Source: Octopus vulgaris | Lineage: Eukaryota | Reading direction: 5' to 3' | Length of the DNA stretch: 64,000 nucleotides | Assembly (NCBI GenBank): GCA_951406725.2 | Contig: OX597817.1 | Coordinates: 115,196,001-115,260,000 of the forward strand | Shown here: in pieces, positions 25,690 to 39,859 of the stretch | Layout of the letters: every line of letters starts with the position of its first letter | How positions within the stretch are numbered: the stretch's first letter is position 1 | Position numbers and translations under genes: made by a program | Notes under the pieces: model-generated | What the model saw: only the letters and a program-made list of their open reading frames with translations | Databases searched by the model: none | What the model was told of the DNA's origin: nothing

Positions 25690-27629
25690 TTCTTAGGTGA
25701 AATTAAATGTGAACGGTGACATTTATGCAAATCAGTGAAATTATTAGAAAGAGAGCGTAATAGAATTAGCAACGATCCGGAACTGGCTACAATTCAGTTG
25801 CAAAAGACTGCTAGTATTTTAGGCACCTAATTCAGCTGTTTCATAGAATGTGCTTCTAGTATTACCTGATTGAAATTCTGAAGCTTATGCATTGATTCGT
25901 AACTAACACAGTAAGCTTACGAAATATTTACCAATTACATATTGGTTTTATCTAAACCAGTGTTGTTTAAAGGGAGCTGTAACGTCTCTTTCGGGGCGTT
26001 GTAGGAAATTGGGGAAGAAGATAACCTCTATGATTTGCATTGAAACTGAATGCAGATGAAAAGTCTGCTTCATGAGAAGCGAGAGAGCATTTATAGTGTT
26101 AAAATATTAAGAACGTGCTTTTGGGACAAAGCGGTTGAGTACATCTGGTATAAATAAACTGAATTACCGGCATTATACTTATTTTGCTTGAAGGTCATAT
26201 AAGTTTTTACATGTTTTGCATTAAGGGGAGTTATTCTACCCCACTTCAATGTCTAGAACATATTTAATAATCTGGCAAGAAACAAAATACAAATAAGCTT
26301 TGGCGTAACTAAATACAGCAATACATATTCTGTTCAGTGAAAAGAATCTGTGATTCATGCAGCATTATACTCATACATACTCCATGCACATGTGTATAAA
26401 ATAATTGCTTGAAGAACATTCATAATCTCCGTCGATCAAAGTTAACATGCAAGGCTTTAGTCCACATGAGATGATGACAGAAAGCACTTTTCCTAAGATG
26501 ATATCGAAACTGAAATCACGTAAATGCGAAGTGAGCTTCTTAACTACATGTCTATTCGTGCGCCTAGATTGATCTTATACAGAACCAACACGTATTAGTT
26601 GTTTTATATCTAAACGGATGAAGCGCATAATGGCAAGAAATTTCCAAAGCTGAGATTATTCGCGCCTTTTCGATGGAGATTATTCGTGATTCGAAAGTGA
26701 ATTTGGTTCCAAAAGAAAACTTATATGATATTTATTGTTATTACCTGATTAATTTCGCATGTAGTCATGGAAACACACCTAAAAAGAAGATAGTGGAAAA
26801 TATTGTGGGCCATTTACAAATTCTTTGAAAATATTGTAAGTAGTGAGATGGTTACAAATGAGAATTATAACTGGGTCGTTGTTTCAACTCAGTAGAAGAT
26901 TTTATGATATGTTTACTGCATCTAAAATGATTTAAGGTGTTCGGTTTAATTACAATTTTTTAGTCCTGAAAAAATAGAAATAAATCCTGATACTGCGAAT
27001 GACAAAGCACATATCTTTGGAGTAAACAAATTTATTCCAACGATTTGTTGGAAAGCGCAGAATGAAGTGCTTACTATAAATAGAATAAAATACTAGTGGA
27101 ATATTTGAACACGATGCCTTGTTCAACAGATCAATATTTTATGAATTAGACCATTACGCTGTGTACTCACTGGACTATCTCTATCTACAGTGGTGACTGA
27201 GAGAGCCAAACAGCTAATGGCTTTTTCCAAGATTTGTGTAACGGTTTTCCGACTGACGGATATTCTATTTTAATGTGAAAGTAGATTAAATAAGGAACCA
27301 AATACAAAATATAAAAATAAACTAGTAATTGTTTTGTCACACGAATATATTATTGAAAAATATATATAAAATATCATATAATGCAAAAGAGAAATTTGGT
27401 TAGCTTTTGATTGTAGTTTTTTAAATCACGATACACATACCAAGCATGAAAAAGTGAAAGAATAAAAAATGATTGAAATTTAACATAAAAAATAAATAAT
27501 TCTTTAAAGAGGAAGTAAAAGGCAAAAAGAAGCCTTCCACTACGAAAACAACAGGAAAAAGAGAAAAAAAAACCCAAGAAAAACGGGTAGAAATTGCACA
27601 AGATTCAACAATATAAGCCTAGAAGACGA

Positions 27630-27698
<69 letters not shown>

Positions 27699-27700
27699 TG

Positions 27701-27762
<62 letters not shown>

Positions 27763-27764
27763 TG

Positions 27765-27830
<66 letters not shown>
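27630..27830. repeat. (AAT)n microsatellite
   Basis: About 200-bp trinucleotide repeat. Confidence 0.97.
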
Positions 27831-29232
27831 GTTTCTTTCAAAATATATGTAAACTATTTGGAAGTAAAAGTGAGATACGAGAAGAAAAAACAGAATTTAA
27901 TGAGGCAGAACATGCTCATCAAATAAAACCTACTGTTCTATATTTTGATTTGTTCATGAAAAACTAAGGAAAAATAAACTTCGTTCTCACTTCATCTAAT
28001 CTATACCACCTTTTGATCATTTATTATTAATATTCCTTTTTGGCCTAGTTAACAGACATACATATACACTTGCCTGTGCTTGCATATGTGTGTGTGTGCA
28101 TGCATTTTTTTATCTATGAATCTTACTGTATGTGACGTAATAGCAATCGAAACATTAATATATAAGAGAGAATTCTGTGCACTTGAACGATTGTTTTTAT
28201 TTTTTGCCTTTCATTTCTGATTTCAATTCTTTCTATAAGTTATGGATTCAACTTCCATGATTGGCCTAAGGTTTTTAAGGTCAATAAAATTCACCTATTT
28301 TACTGATCATAGTTTAGAGGCAGGCATGACGTTAAATGTGGATTTTAATTTAGCGCACAATATCTGATATGTTCGTGCTTTGCTTTGTTCCATGAAATTG
28401 TAGTTGGCATGCGAAAGGTTTATCATGTAAAAAAGAATTATTCTATTGGCATCAACCGATGTATCGTGAACCGCATTTTTCAGGAATGCAACACTTTAAC
28501 ACATTTGACCTTCATCACAATAATGGCAGTACATTTTGTCTCCAGCGAATATAAAATGGAAACAAATACAAAATCATTTCACTAGAGAATAACCAATTTT
28601 GAAATACTACCTTCATTTATTCTGTAATATACTTCAGCCCGTTTATTTCTGCGAGAAAAAAAAAATTCGTTTAACTACATGAAAAGATTTTACAAAATCA
28701 GAGCACACTGTGATGCAGAAGGAATTCAATACAATCTTTACACCTTAATCATCAGCACAGTAATGCTTTTTGTCAGCGATTCTGAATGAACTGTTGCTTG
28801 CAGACAGTGAAATATCTATTATACTATCAATGCTTTAAATCACTATATTCTGCTACATATAATCTGATGAGATAACAGCTGAATGAAATTCCTTTGAAAA
28901 TTACTTGTCAACTGATATCATGCAACGATATGACACGATTCCATTATTCAAATGAGCAGTATTTTAGATATAGGTATATGGCCCGTAGCGGACGCTTAGA
29001 AGAAAGGAATTGATAATCAAGGAACAAAATCGTAATATTATGTACATAAATGAACATAAAAAAAACAATTGGCAAAATGTTTTCGAGAAAATAATGTCAT
29101 AGATGTTGTTTTTGTCATCTTGCACAGACGAATAAGAACCTACAGAACTAAAATAATAAAATAAATACAATTACTTGATAGTTGCATCGATATTCTGTCA
29201 AAGTCAATTTAATATTTCCTTATTGTCTAAAG

Positions 29233-29405
29233 CGGAGGGCAAATTGCTGTGTGGTTGTAGTTAAGAATTTCTATGTTTCGAGTTCAAATTCTGCCGGGAA
29301 CAAATTTACTTTTTGCCATTCTTGCGCCATACGCTACAGTACCATCCAACTGTTTAAGTTGATTTAACCAGCTATTGCTTGCCTTGAAATGTGTGGCCTT
29401 GAAAC
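29233..29405 (+). mobile_element. Degenerate SINE family A
   Basis: GAGTTCAAATTCTGCCG and the 3' motif CTTGAAATGTGTGGCCTTG. Confidence 0.55.
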
Positions 29406-31939
29406 ACTGTCAAATATGAATATTACCAAATTGACTCTTAAACTGTAGTTGTTGCCTCTTAATGAATTTTTTCCCCGGGGTGCTTACGATTGTTCTCTTT
29501 GCAACCATCACAGAGAGATAGACAGACAGCAACACACACACACACACACATATATATACATATATATCAATGATTGATTTATTGTGACTGGGTGCAATTT
29601 TAGTGAAGAGAAAATGGGAAACTACCCCATGTATAAATTTTAGATGCAGAAATGGGTGATATTTTATTCTTGAGATCTCAATAACTGTATCTCTAACACA
29701 TGATGGGCAATAAGGAGTTCAGTAAAAACAAATAATGTCATTATCTCGAGTTTCATGATCTTTTAAGTGATCTGTTGCATCTTTTTCGATAAGAACTATT
29801 ACAGTATCCTTTATATTTAATCAGAAGAGTTTTACTGCCCTCCCTATAAAACAATAATACGCATGGGATGCTGACGTTACAAACTGACTGACATAAAAGC
29901 CATCTGGGTAACTTGGCTATCATAGAGTTCATTCTGTTTTACTAAACCTCTTCGAGTGGAAGCTTATATCAGCGTCTGTCGACGAGAATCTCTTTGATTT
30001 ACATCCTAGTAACATTAGAGGCGCTATCTATCGAATTTTGCTGCAAACTCTGATCCAAATGATGGACTTTCCTGTTGTTAGTCGTACTTCAAACAGATGT
30101 CATATTTTATAGAGATGATATCAACCTTTGTATATGGCTATAATCCAGCGTTATACGTTAAAATAAGGAAAAAAATAATAAAAACATTTCTATAAAATAT
30201 AATTTCAAAACTTTACCGAAGGGAAAATATATAAAATTAATTATAATTAAAATTAATACATACATACATTATATATATATATATATATATGAAGACATAT
30301 ATGCACACACATACACATATTTATGTGTATACATATGTATAGATGGACGGATAGGTATACACATACATATACGCGTGTGTGTGTATATGTATTTGACAAA
30401 TTCATTCGAAATCAACTAATTATTTTTCGATTGAGCATGTTTGAAGTTAGGCGAATCTTTTTGTTCCGACTAATTTGTATATTATTTTTAATTTTACACC
30501 AAGAGATAAGAACTAGATTAGTTAAATATATTGATCAACAAAAGTTTAAGCTGAAGTTAATTATATCAATTTATATTAAATCAAATTAAGACTTCTCAAT
30601 TAGAGGATAAAAAGAATATCGTTTTTGCGAAAATGTTAATAAATTTACTTTGAAGGTCATAATTATGGAAAACAAATTTTGTAAATTTGAAAATTTTGGC
30701 AAAGTTTCATGTTAGTGAAACATACCCTAGTTATGAAAAATCAATATAAGATACAAATATAGCATTTCCTGTAAAAATCAATGTTATAGCAGGAAGAAAT
30801 TATTCTACAATCATAACGTTCATAAATTCGCTTCATATTGTGTATATATTTTCTTAATAGCATTTTAGGTTGCGTTAAACCTAAAGTATATATTTGTGTC
30901 TTCTATTTTTATTTAATAGCCCTTTTATACGATTGTTGTATCTGTATTGCTTAATGATATGAGAATTTAACGATCATTTAATTAACCCTCAGACTTCTGT
31001 TTCAAGTAAGTTTTCAAAATTGTATATTTTGCGTCATTTGTAAGCCATTTTGTCAGCAAATCATATTTACCTTGCTTTGTTCGCCTTAAAAAAACTAAGC
31101 AATGAAAATCTACTGATCAATTATAACTTGCTCTTAAATTTAGCTAACATTTTGAAGGATAATTATATAATAATTACGCTGTTCAGTATGTCACATACTT
31201 GTCGATATAAGGCTATACAAAAAAAATAGAATAAAATTAGTTACAAAAATTAAATCGAAATATATTCCCTCATATAAACACACAAGATTTCTTTCATATG
31301 ATGGAGTGATTATTCGTTTCGAAGATGAGGTTTAGCTGATCGATTATCTGCATTGCCTACTCATTAAATTAATGTGTAAATGAGTGATATTCCAGTGATA
31401 TGTGTGTGTCTTTAAAGTAATTTTAAAACTGTCATCGACATATAATCTGTGAAGAAGCTAGCCCTTGAAAATACAAGTACAATCCATCTAATAGTTACCG
31501 TCAGCCCACTTTTATTCACAAACTCTGGATCGACTCAAAACTATAAGAAAAAACACTTGCAGAAAATACAACTTATGACATCGATCTTCAAACTTTGTTA
31601 ACATTTAGGCGTGCTTGCGTCTGTCCTATATTGGGTGATTAGTGCAACATTACATTAAAATATATGTAACAAATACAACAGAGAAAACACATATTTGAAG
31701 ACAGAAGAGATTAATTTGATATGACTGCTACTTTATATAGGACAAGCAACAGCATAGATGCTTCTTCATTAACTCGAGGGATTCCAGATCTGCTTGAAAA
31801 ACGATAATGGAAAACTGCTTTAGTATGTACCCAATCTTCATCCGAAATTATTGTCCTTCAGGCCTAAATTAGACCTGATCGCGTGGAATAAAGAAATTAT
31901 CCTGATCATGCTTCGAATGCTTTTTTTTTTTTGATCAAA

Positions 31940-32322
31940 AGCATTCCAACCATTGAGTTATGTCCATGCTGGGGAACCACCCTGACTGTTTTAGTCAAAT
32001 AAATTGGTCTCTACATATTAAAAAAAAAATAGTATTTCCGTTATCGGAACTCTTTTGTCGAACCGCTAATTATGAAGTGATGTGGATATAACTAAGCCAA
32101 CACCGGTTGTAAAGTGGTGGTGGGGACAAACACAAATACACGCACACCTACGCATATATACGACGGGTTACTTTCCGTTTCTATCTACGAATTAAACTCA
32201 CAAGGTTTTGGTGGACCTGGGGCTATAGCAGAAGCCACTTGCCTAAAAGGCCATGTAGGAAAACAGAAATCCGAACCATGTAGTTCAGAAGCAAACTTCT
32301 AAATACACAACCACGCCTACAC
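31940..32322 (-). mobile_element. SINE family B (diverged, full length)
   Basis: Reverse-complement match to both halves of 5854-6280. A family A 5' fragment follows at about 32330-32433. Confidence 0.8.
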
Positions 32323-32812
32323 CCTAAAAAGGGGCGGTCTTCCTCGCAGGAATTGGAACTCAGAATGTAAACCTGGAAAAAACGCTACTAAGCTCTTTGT
32401 CCGTCGTGCTAAAGATTTTGCTCGTTCGTCGCCCTATCCTAGTCTATTATTTCAGTTAATTCACACTTTAAAGACAGCATACTATGGTTTCAGAGAAATG
32501 TAGCTGCTATTTTGAAAAGATAAAACGTACACAGAGAGGCATTCCTTCACCTTGATGATTTGGTGCACATACAATGTTTTATCCCAGAAAAACTTAATTT
32601 AGCAACATCATTTCTGTGGATCTCACCAGGAGCTAATTACAAGTGATTCCTTGATATCTTGTGTGAAATTGTCGACTCTACATTAAGACCATCATAAAGC
32701 TATTACAAGTGTTGGTAAAGGAAAGTGATTTCAGTTTGATGTTGAAAGAAGAGGAAAATAAAGGGAAACAGTGTTAGAGAGCGAGTGAGCGAGAGAAAGC
32801 CTCTATATGTGC

Positions 32813-32854
<42 letters not shown>

Positions 32855-32981
32855 GAAAAAAGGAGAGAAAGGGTACAACAGAGACAGTGAATGAAAGATT
32901 GATTTGAAGTATTATTTTAAACCACAATATAAATATCTGCATAGAATAGCGTGAGTTAAAAATCTTTACACATAGAATAAT

Positions 32982-33010
32982 CACTACTACTACTACTACT
33001 ACTACTGCTG

Positions 33011-33108
<98 letters not shown>
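32982..33108. repeat. (CTA)n microsatellite
   Basis: Direct repeats. Confidence 0.97.
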
Positions 33109-33109
<1 letters not shown>

Positions 33110-33561
33110 ATACCACTATACTATACTTACAGATATATGCGCATAGCGTCTAGGTAAACTTTCTAATTGCAAGAGAGATCTTTCAACAGATCTTTTTGGC
33201 AACATTTTAGAAAAACACGCATTAGCGAATATAAACCCAGGTAAACATCCGGATAGGCTCGTCTGGAAGGATTATGATCATATTTGTTCGCTGGATCAAG
33301 GTTGGTGTAGGGTTAAACAAAGGCACCAGCGACAGCATCATTATGATCTCCAACAACATTTATTTATTTCTATTTCCGTTTTTATTTTAAAATATTGTAG
33401 GTGTGAATGGTCGCTGGAAGTACGAGCGAATGACCCGATAAAGAACGTCTTATGTATTCGCGTACAAATACCACGGTGATTTATTGTGCGTTTCATCTTT
33501 CAGAGGCTGATAATAATGTAAGCACCAGTCAAATAGTGGGACGATTAAGTCAATTGCTCTC

Positions 33562-33755
33562 CTACGGTAGTGCACAATCCCCGTAATGTGCTAAAAACCT
33601 CCGATGAATATCAGCATCTGGCACACCTTTCGACCAGAGAATTGGGGTCACTGCTCTTTGTTCTTCTTTGGTGGACATTGCTAGTGGAACAGCCATTCTT
33701 ACACTGTAAAGCCAGAAAAAAAACTGTTCGATCAAGCTCATACTTTGATCACGTG
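33562..33755 (-). mobile_element. Mariner transposase N-terminal (HTH) fragment
   Basis: MAVPLAMSTKEEQRAVTPILWSKGVPDADIHRRFLAHYGDCALP matches the mariner start EQRAVI.FL..EG....EIHRRL...YG. Confidence 0.75.
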
Positions 33756-34703
33756 ACAACAGTAGTACCAGCTATAAATACGCATGCGCAGAAGGCAATT
33801 TGCCAAAATAAATATATGTTATAGCGAAAATGCTATATTGTGGTCTGAACAAGACTAAGGAATGACATAATCAAAGCTAATAGCTCTATGGATCCCACTT
33901 CCTCGATTAGCACTGACCAGGTGCCACATGACAACACAAGCAAAAGCAATTCAGAATCTGTTCCTCCTGAGAATTATTACTCAGCCAAAGCTTATGATTT
34001 CAGTATCTATTTGCATGACTGGAACTTGAGGCTGTATAACACACTATAAAATTAACATTGAAATGCAAGCGCAACGCAAGTGTGCGCACGCAAATTTACG
34101 CTTACATTTCTGTAAGTATGTATACAATTTGTAAGATGAGGTACTTCGTGGTATTTCACGTTGTGAGACGAATTCTAAAGGGAATAGTGAGTCGTAAGAA
34201 GAACTAAGAATGCTGGAAAGTTAAGATAAATTTAAGAAACGCTAGATCTGCCCGACAAAGCAGAACGCACTGCTTCTCACGAGGCATGAACATATATACT
34301 ACTAATTACATGAGCGGAAGCTAGACTGGTGTAAATCCGTCAAAAGTCTACGAGCTCATTACTCAGCCATTGTCCCGGTTTCTATGGCGTATAAGTGGCT
34401 CTCTCTTGAAGGAGACACCAATTTGCAGAGCCCTACCTGTGGCTTGTACATGTTTTCAACCGGCTCTGTGGTAATGGGAAGCGTGTGTTTATAAATGAGT
34501 GTGGAATAATAAATTGTTAATTTTAGAAGGTACTGTTTAAAAAAATTTCAAACGTAGTTACAAGTCCCTTGATGTTTCGAAAATTGCAGTTAAACAAAGG
34601 CAATGTTTTTTGCATAGGAAAATAAAAGAAAGCGAAACAAACAAAAAATACTGGTCGTATGAATATAGCTAGGATCATACAATACCTTGTACATATAACA
34701 TAT

Positions 34704-35799
34704 TGTTACGGAGGCAAGGAAAAGTAAACGAGCAAAGAAAGACATTATGCCCATTGTTCCATTAGTTGGAATTGAACCGGCGCTCCAGTTGTTCAGGACA
34801 ATGGTATTTCCTTTATCCTGTCGAAGGCCACGATTATTAATGGTCCTAGGCTTTGAACTATGGCCCCCACACGGTCACGGAAAGTTTAAAAAATAAAAAT
34901 GCTGGGACAACGTTATAAATACGGCTAGCATTAAGTTAGTTGGTCAGTCAGCGAGAAACCGTGAGAGGATCAGTGTGAGCGGAGCGGACCCGGGAGTGAG
35001 TTAGAGATGGTGGAGTCGGCGAGAGGCAGCCACAACGATGACAGCCAGGGTCTAGAGAGAGACAGTGAGTGGGCAAGAGACAGGACAAGAGGTGGTGAGG
35101 AAGATGACAGTGAAGGAGCAGAGAGAGACATAAAGAAGCCGGATTACTATAGTGGGGGTTGTGATGTTCAGGGAGTGTTGCAGGCGTGGAACATACGGTA
35201 ATGTCTTTTATTTTTTGTTTTGAATTTCGATGTTTAAATGTTTGGAAAAAAAGAGAGAGGCTCTGACGTAACCATTGAAAAGAAAAAAAAGAGCGTGTAC
35301 TTGGCTGTTTTTAAAAGAAAAGAAAAAGAAGAAAAAAAGAACCCGGAAATGTTTTTTAAAAAAAAGCAGAATGAACTTTGAGAACTGTCGTGTTAAAAAA
35401 AAAGAGGAAAGTGGAGCTCTAAGAGACTGTTGATTTTGAACTTTGTGCTAAATGTAAAAGGATTTGTCTTGAAAAGAACGAAGTGTATTGAGTCAAATGT
35501 TGAATGATTTGTTTTTCGAACTCTGTATTATGTATAAATGCAAATGATTGTTCTTCGAACTCTGTACATGATTTGTCAACCTTTGTTTTGGAAAGCTTTG
35601 ATTTGTTTTGAAAAAAATTGCTAAATTACGCAACTTCCGCTGTGTCTCTTTCTTTTGTTGTCGTTGTGTTGGTTCCTGACTGCGTTCGCCGCCTTCCCCC
35701 CCTTTCCGTGGTGGATTTCCGGTTTACTGAGCGTCGTCGTCGCGACTTAGGGCCCGTGGTAGAATCGGAGGGCCTTGGGCCCTGAGTAGCGGCGTAGCA
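34704..35799 (+). mobile_element. Solo LTR (1096 bp), probably Gypsy-type
   Basis: Begins TGTTACG and ends CGTAGCA (TG..CA with a short terminal inverted repeat). Flanked by the 4-bp TSD ATAT (34700-34703, 35800-35803). TATAAATA near 34914. Orientation is inferred from the TATA box. Confidence 0.85.
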
Positions 35800-35859
35800 A
35801 TATATTTAGGTGCGAGGTATGAGTTTGTGTTTCCTTGCAGATGCATTTATATTAGTAGG

Positions 35860-36230
35860 GACAGACAGAAAGACAGTGAGATTGATATACAGCTAAATAG
35901 ATAGATAGACAGACAATCAGAAAGACAGATAGATAGAAAAAGAGATAGATTGATAGCTAGACAAACAGACAGACGGTCTGATAGAAAAATAAAATAGGTA
36001 GATAGATAAACAGAGAGGAAAACAGACAGATAGGAAAATAGTTAGATAGACGGACAGGGAGATAGATAGATAAATAGGGAGGGAGAGACAGAGACAGAGA
36101 GAGAGTGAGAGAGTGAGAGAGGCAATCAGGCAGATAGATTGATAGATAAACAGACGGGTAGACAGATAAATAGGAAAATAGATAGCTGGATAGATAGACT
36201 AAGAGGCAGAAACATAAAAACATTGATAGA
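35860..36230. repeat. Degenerate (GATA)n/(GACA)n repeat
   Basis: Tetranucleotide low-complexity tract. Confidence 0.85.
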
Positions 36231-36669
36231 TTTTTAACTTTAAAGTATTAATTTCTCTTTACCTTTGATTCATAATTATTCAAATTAAATTTTGTTTGGC
36301 TTTGTCATAATTTGCTATCCGATTCTTTTTTTCTTTTCTTTTAGATTTTACGTCTTATTTCATTTCAAATAGAAGACATTTCTCTATCGTAATTTACTTT
36401 TCCAATTTGGAACCTGCAGAGATATTTAAATTGCATCTGTCCAAATAATCGTAAGTCCATCTTTCCAGCAAACTTCTGAGTCTCAAGTAAGAAAATGCAA
36501 ATCAAGTTAAAAGAGAAAAACCGATTGAAATCCTTTTAAAAATTAAAATTTCAATCACTGTTCATGTGACGCCAAAGTAAAATTTTTGAAACATTTTGAC
36601 AGGCATCAAAAATTTCATCAATTTAGAAAAATCCGAACTTCGGTTGCTGAAGCCGTAATAATGATAATG

Positions 36670-36753
<84 letters not shown>

Positions 36754-36754
<1 letters not shown>

Positions 36755-37316
36755 GTCCCGATGCAGTATCAGGCAGTGGCTCTCGTGGATTCTTATATTA
36801 ACTGATTGGAAGTGATATCATGTGCATTGTTTTGCCTTGGTATAAAAGATGGCTACAACAAATATTCAGTTGAATAACACAGGTTTGCTTGTCAGTTGTT
36901 TGACCTTAACCAGTTGAGCATGTCCCTTAGTTGCTGACGATATGTGCATCTCTGATCATGAGCAGAAGTAGTGGGGGAGCATCATAGCCATGATAGAATA
37001 TGTGCTGAGGGGGATTTCTGGGGTTTCAATGATTCACCTCTGGAAACATGGGTGTTTCGTTCAACTTCCCTAAACAATCCTTATTTAGGGACCTTTTGAG
37101 CGGGATGGGTTACTCGACCATAAGAAAATTCTAACTAGGCCCTACCTGCGAGGTCATGTGCTGTTTATCTTGATAAACGATCATCATGTCGTGCACATAT
37201 GGTTGTGACGTATGTGCTTAGTGTACCCTTATAGGACGAGTAGTCATGATGAGTATACTGGGCTTCGTATATTTTACCCCAGTGTCACTTTGATGGCGTG
37301 CACTGCTCTCTCATTC
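36754..37316 (+). mobile_element. ~560-bp non-coding interspersed repeat inserted in (AAT)n
   Basis: Flanked by (AAT)n on both sides and ends CACTGCTCTCTCATTC-AATAAT. Homologous minus-strand copies at 39121-39326 and 39860-40350. Confidence 0.8.
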
Positions 37317-37332
37317 AATAATAATAATAATG

Positions 37333-37368
<36 letters not shown>

Positions 37369-37371
<3 letters not shown>

Positions 37372-38668
37372 CATAGAATGCACCACCCTAAGGCAGATAC
37401 AGAACGACTCTATCTGCCAAGAAAAGAGGGAGGCCGTGGTCTTTTGCAACTGGCAATAACAATGAAGATTGCTACAATTGGTCTAGACACCTACCTGAAA
37501 AACTCTGAGGACTGGATGTTAAAACTTGTCTCAAAACATGAAAACAAGAAAGCATCATACTCAGTCACAAAACAGGCAAAGGAATATCTAAGTGAATTCC
37601 GAATACAACAAATTTCGGAATTAGAGATAGATATACAAGAAACAAGCACAGAAAAAGCTAGGCGCATGAAAACCCGTGCCAAATCTGCGGCCTTAGATAT
37701 TCTGAATAATAAATGGCAAGAAAAACCTCTCTATGGCAAATACCCAAAGAGAGCGAATAATGCAGATATCGACAAAGCCCTGACCCATCAATGGCTAATG
37801 GCCTCTGGCTTAAAATCTGAAACAGAGGGGTTTATCATAGCAGCTCAAGATCAATGCCTACCAACAAGAAACTACCAGGCCAACATATTAAAGAACGGCA
37901 GTAGCCCAACATGTCGTGTATGCCGACAACAAAATGAAACCATTGACCATGTTGTCTCCAAATGCAGTCTTCTAGCGCCTACAGAGTACCTCAGTAGGCA
38001 TGATAGAGCTGCACAATATATTCACTGGGTAATTTGCAAAAACCTGGATTTGCCCCATGAAAAAAACTGGTGGGAACACAATCCACCTCCTGTGCTTGAA
38101 AATGACCACATCTCACTCCTCTGGAACTTCACCATTCAAACTGACAGGAAGATAGATGCAAATAGGCCAGACATTATATTGAAAGACTTCAGACAAAGAA
38201 CATGCCTCCTCATTGATATGACTGTCCCAATCGATATAAACGTATCTGTCAAGACCTACCAAAAACTGAGCAAATATAAAGATCTTGAAATAGAAATCAG
38301 CAAAATGTGGAAGCTGAAGACTAAAACAATACCTGTTGTCATAGGTGCCCTGGGAATGATAGCGAAAGGGACTGATTGCTACCTAACTCAGATACCAGGA
38401 AACCCCAAAATGGCAGAAATTCAAAAGATAGTGCTCATGGGAACTGCTCATATCCTACGCAAAATATTCTCAATGTAATCCCAAGGTTTAAAACAAACTT
38501 TTTTATTTATTTATTTTTTTATTTATATTTTTTTTATGTATTAGACATTCACTAGTACAACAAAAAACAACAAATATATGGCACAGAACTTCCAACCTGT
38601 TGTCTCTTGAGATCTCTGGGTGAGACTTGGAGCCAACTTGTACAGACATAAAGCAAAAGTCAAACATA

Positions 38669-38670
<2 letters not shown>
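37369..38670 (+). mobile_element. 5'-truncated R4/Dong-like RLE non-LTR retrotransposon
   Basis: Open frame to 38478 with RLYLPRKEGGRGL, ETEGFIIAAQDQ, the CCHC finger CRVC..ETIDHVVSKC, RHD, RPDI..IDMTVP..KLSKY and IQKIVLMGTAHILRK. The 3' UTR runs into (AAT)n. The poly-I start in the ORF track is microsatellite. Confidence 0.93.
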
Positions 38671-38735
<65 letters not shown>

Positions 38736-38737
<2 letters not shown>

Positions 38738-38897
38738 TATTTTTAAGACATTCACTAGTACAACACTAAATACAAAACCAAATATATGGCACACTAGGCA
38801 TAACAACAACATGAACTTCCAGCCTGTTGTCTCTTGATGTCTCTGGGTGAGACTTGGAGCCAACTTGTACAAAATATAAAGCAAAAGTCAAACATAG
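38736..38897 (+). mobile_element. 3'-UTR-only copy of the same R4/Dong-like family
   Basis: Close duplicate of about 38540-38670 (AGACATTCACTAGTACAAC..AAGCAAAAGTCAAACATAG), bounded by (AAT)n. Confidence 0.88.
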
Positions 38898-38917
38898 AAT
38901 AATAATGATAATAATAA

Positions 38918-39070
38918 TACAGTATTGTTGGGTACAGCTCGCATTCTAAGGAGAGTATTGGATCTTTGGATCACAGGAGAAGATGTTACTTGAAACCTTT
39001 GGTGATTTGTTACTGCCTGCTTTCAAGAATAGAATAACCGTAATTAAGAACTATCCGAGAGTCTTTTAGA
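38918..39070 (+). mobile_element. Extreme 3' end of a second R4/Dong-like family
   Basis: Encodes TVLLGTARILRRVLDL, followed by a different 3' UTR and a triplet tail. Confidence 0.75.
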
Positions 39071-39120
39071 ACAACAACAACAATAATAATAAGTATCATC
39101 ATCATCATCATTATTATTAT

Positions 39121-39326
39121 TGAGTGAGATATCAGTGCAGGCCATCAAAGTGACACTGGAGTAAAATGTACAAATATGACTACCTGTCTGATAAGGGTAC
39201 CCCAGGCATTTGCATCGGAACCATATGTGCGCGACATGGTGATCTCATATCAAGATAAACCGCGTATGACCTCGCAGGTGAGGCCTAGTTAGAGTTTTCT
39301 TCAGGTCAAGTAGCTCATCCCGCTCA
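39121..39326 (-). mobile_element. Partial copy of the 36754-37316 repeat
   Basis: Reverse-complement match to about 37095-37316. Confidence 0.8.
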
Positions 39327-39657
39327 AGAAATTGCAGGTATGGCAATAGCTATGCCCTTCATTTCCTTCTTCCATTCATTCACTAGAAGAATGTCTGGTC
39401 TTCGAACATCAATCATTGAATCATACTGGATTGTAAAATCCCATAAGATTTTATACTCATTATTCTCGGTGTTGTCATCTGGTTTATGCTCATACTGTTT
39501 CACTGTCCTTTCAAGACCGCACTTCTCATACAATCTCGGTCACTATTTCAGTTGTTCTTCTTATTTTGTTCTGTTTCACGTCTTCTCCGATCTTAATCTC
39601 TTCAAACTATTAAACATCTTACTTATAGTTCTTTCCGTCTCTCTAAAACCTCCTGCT
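39324..39657 (-). mobile_element. RLE non-LTR fragment
   Basis: YEHKPDDNTENNEYKILWDFTIQYDSMIDVRRPDILLV. Confidence 0.75.
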
Positions 39658-39795
39658 TTCTTCTTCTTCTTCTTCTTCTTCTTCTTCTTCTTCTTCTTCT
39701 TCTTCTTCTTCTTCTTCTTCTTCTTCTTCTTCTTCTTCTTCTTCTTCTTCTTCTTCTTCTTCTTCTTCTTCTTCTTCTTCTTCTTCTTCTTCTGC

Positions 39796-39848
<53 letters not shown>

Positions 39849-39855
39849 TATTATT
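39658..39855. repeat. (TTC)n-(ATC)n microsatellite
   Basis: Direct repeats. Confidence 0.97.
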
Positions 39856-39859
39856 GTTT

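Noticed and set aside
27605-27967. Poly-I/N/Y/L ORFs
   Set aside because: (AAT)n microsatellite
36933-36960. CTGACGA as a hammerhead core (also CTGATGA at 28864)
   Set aside because: No stem II followed by GAAA and stem III
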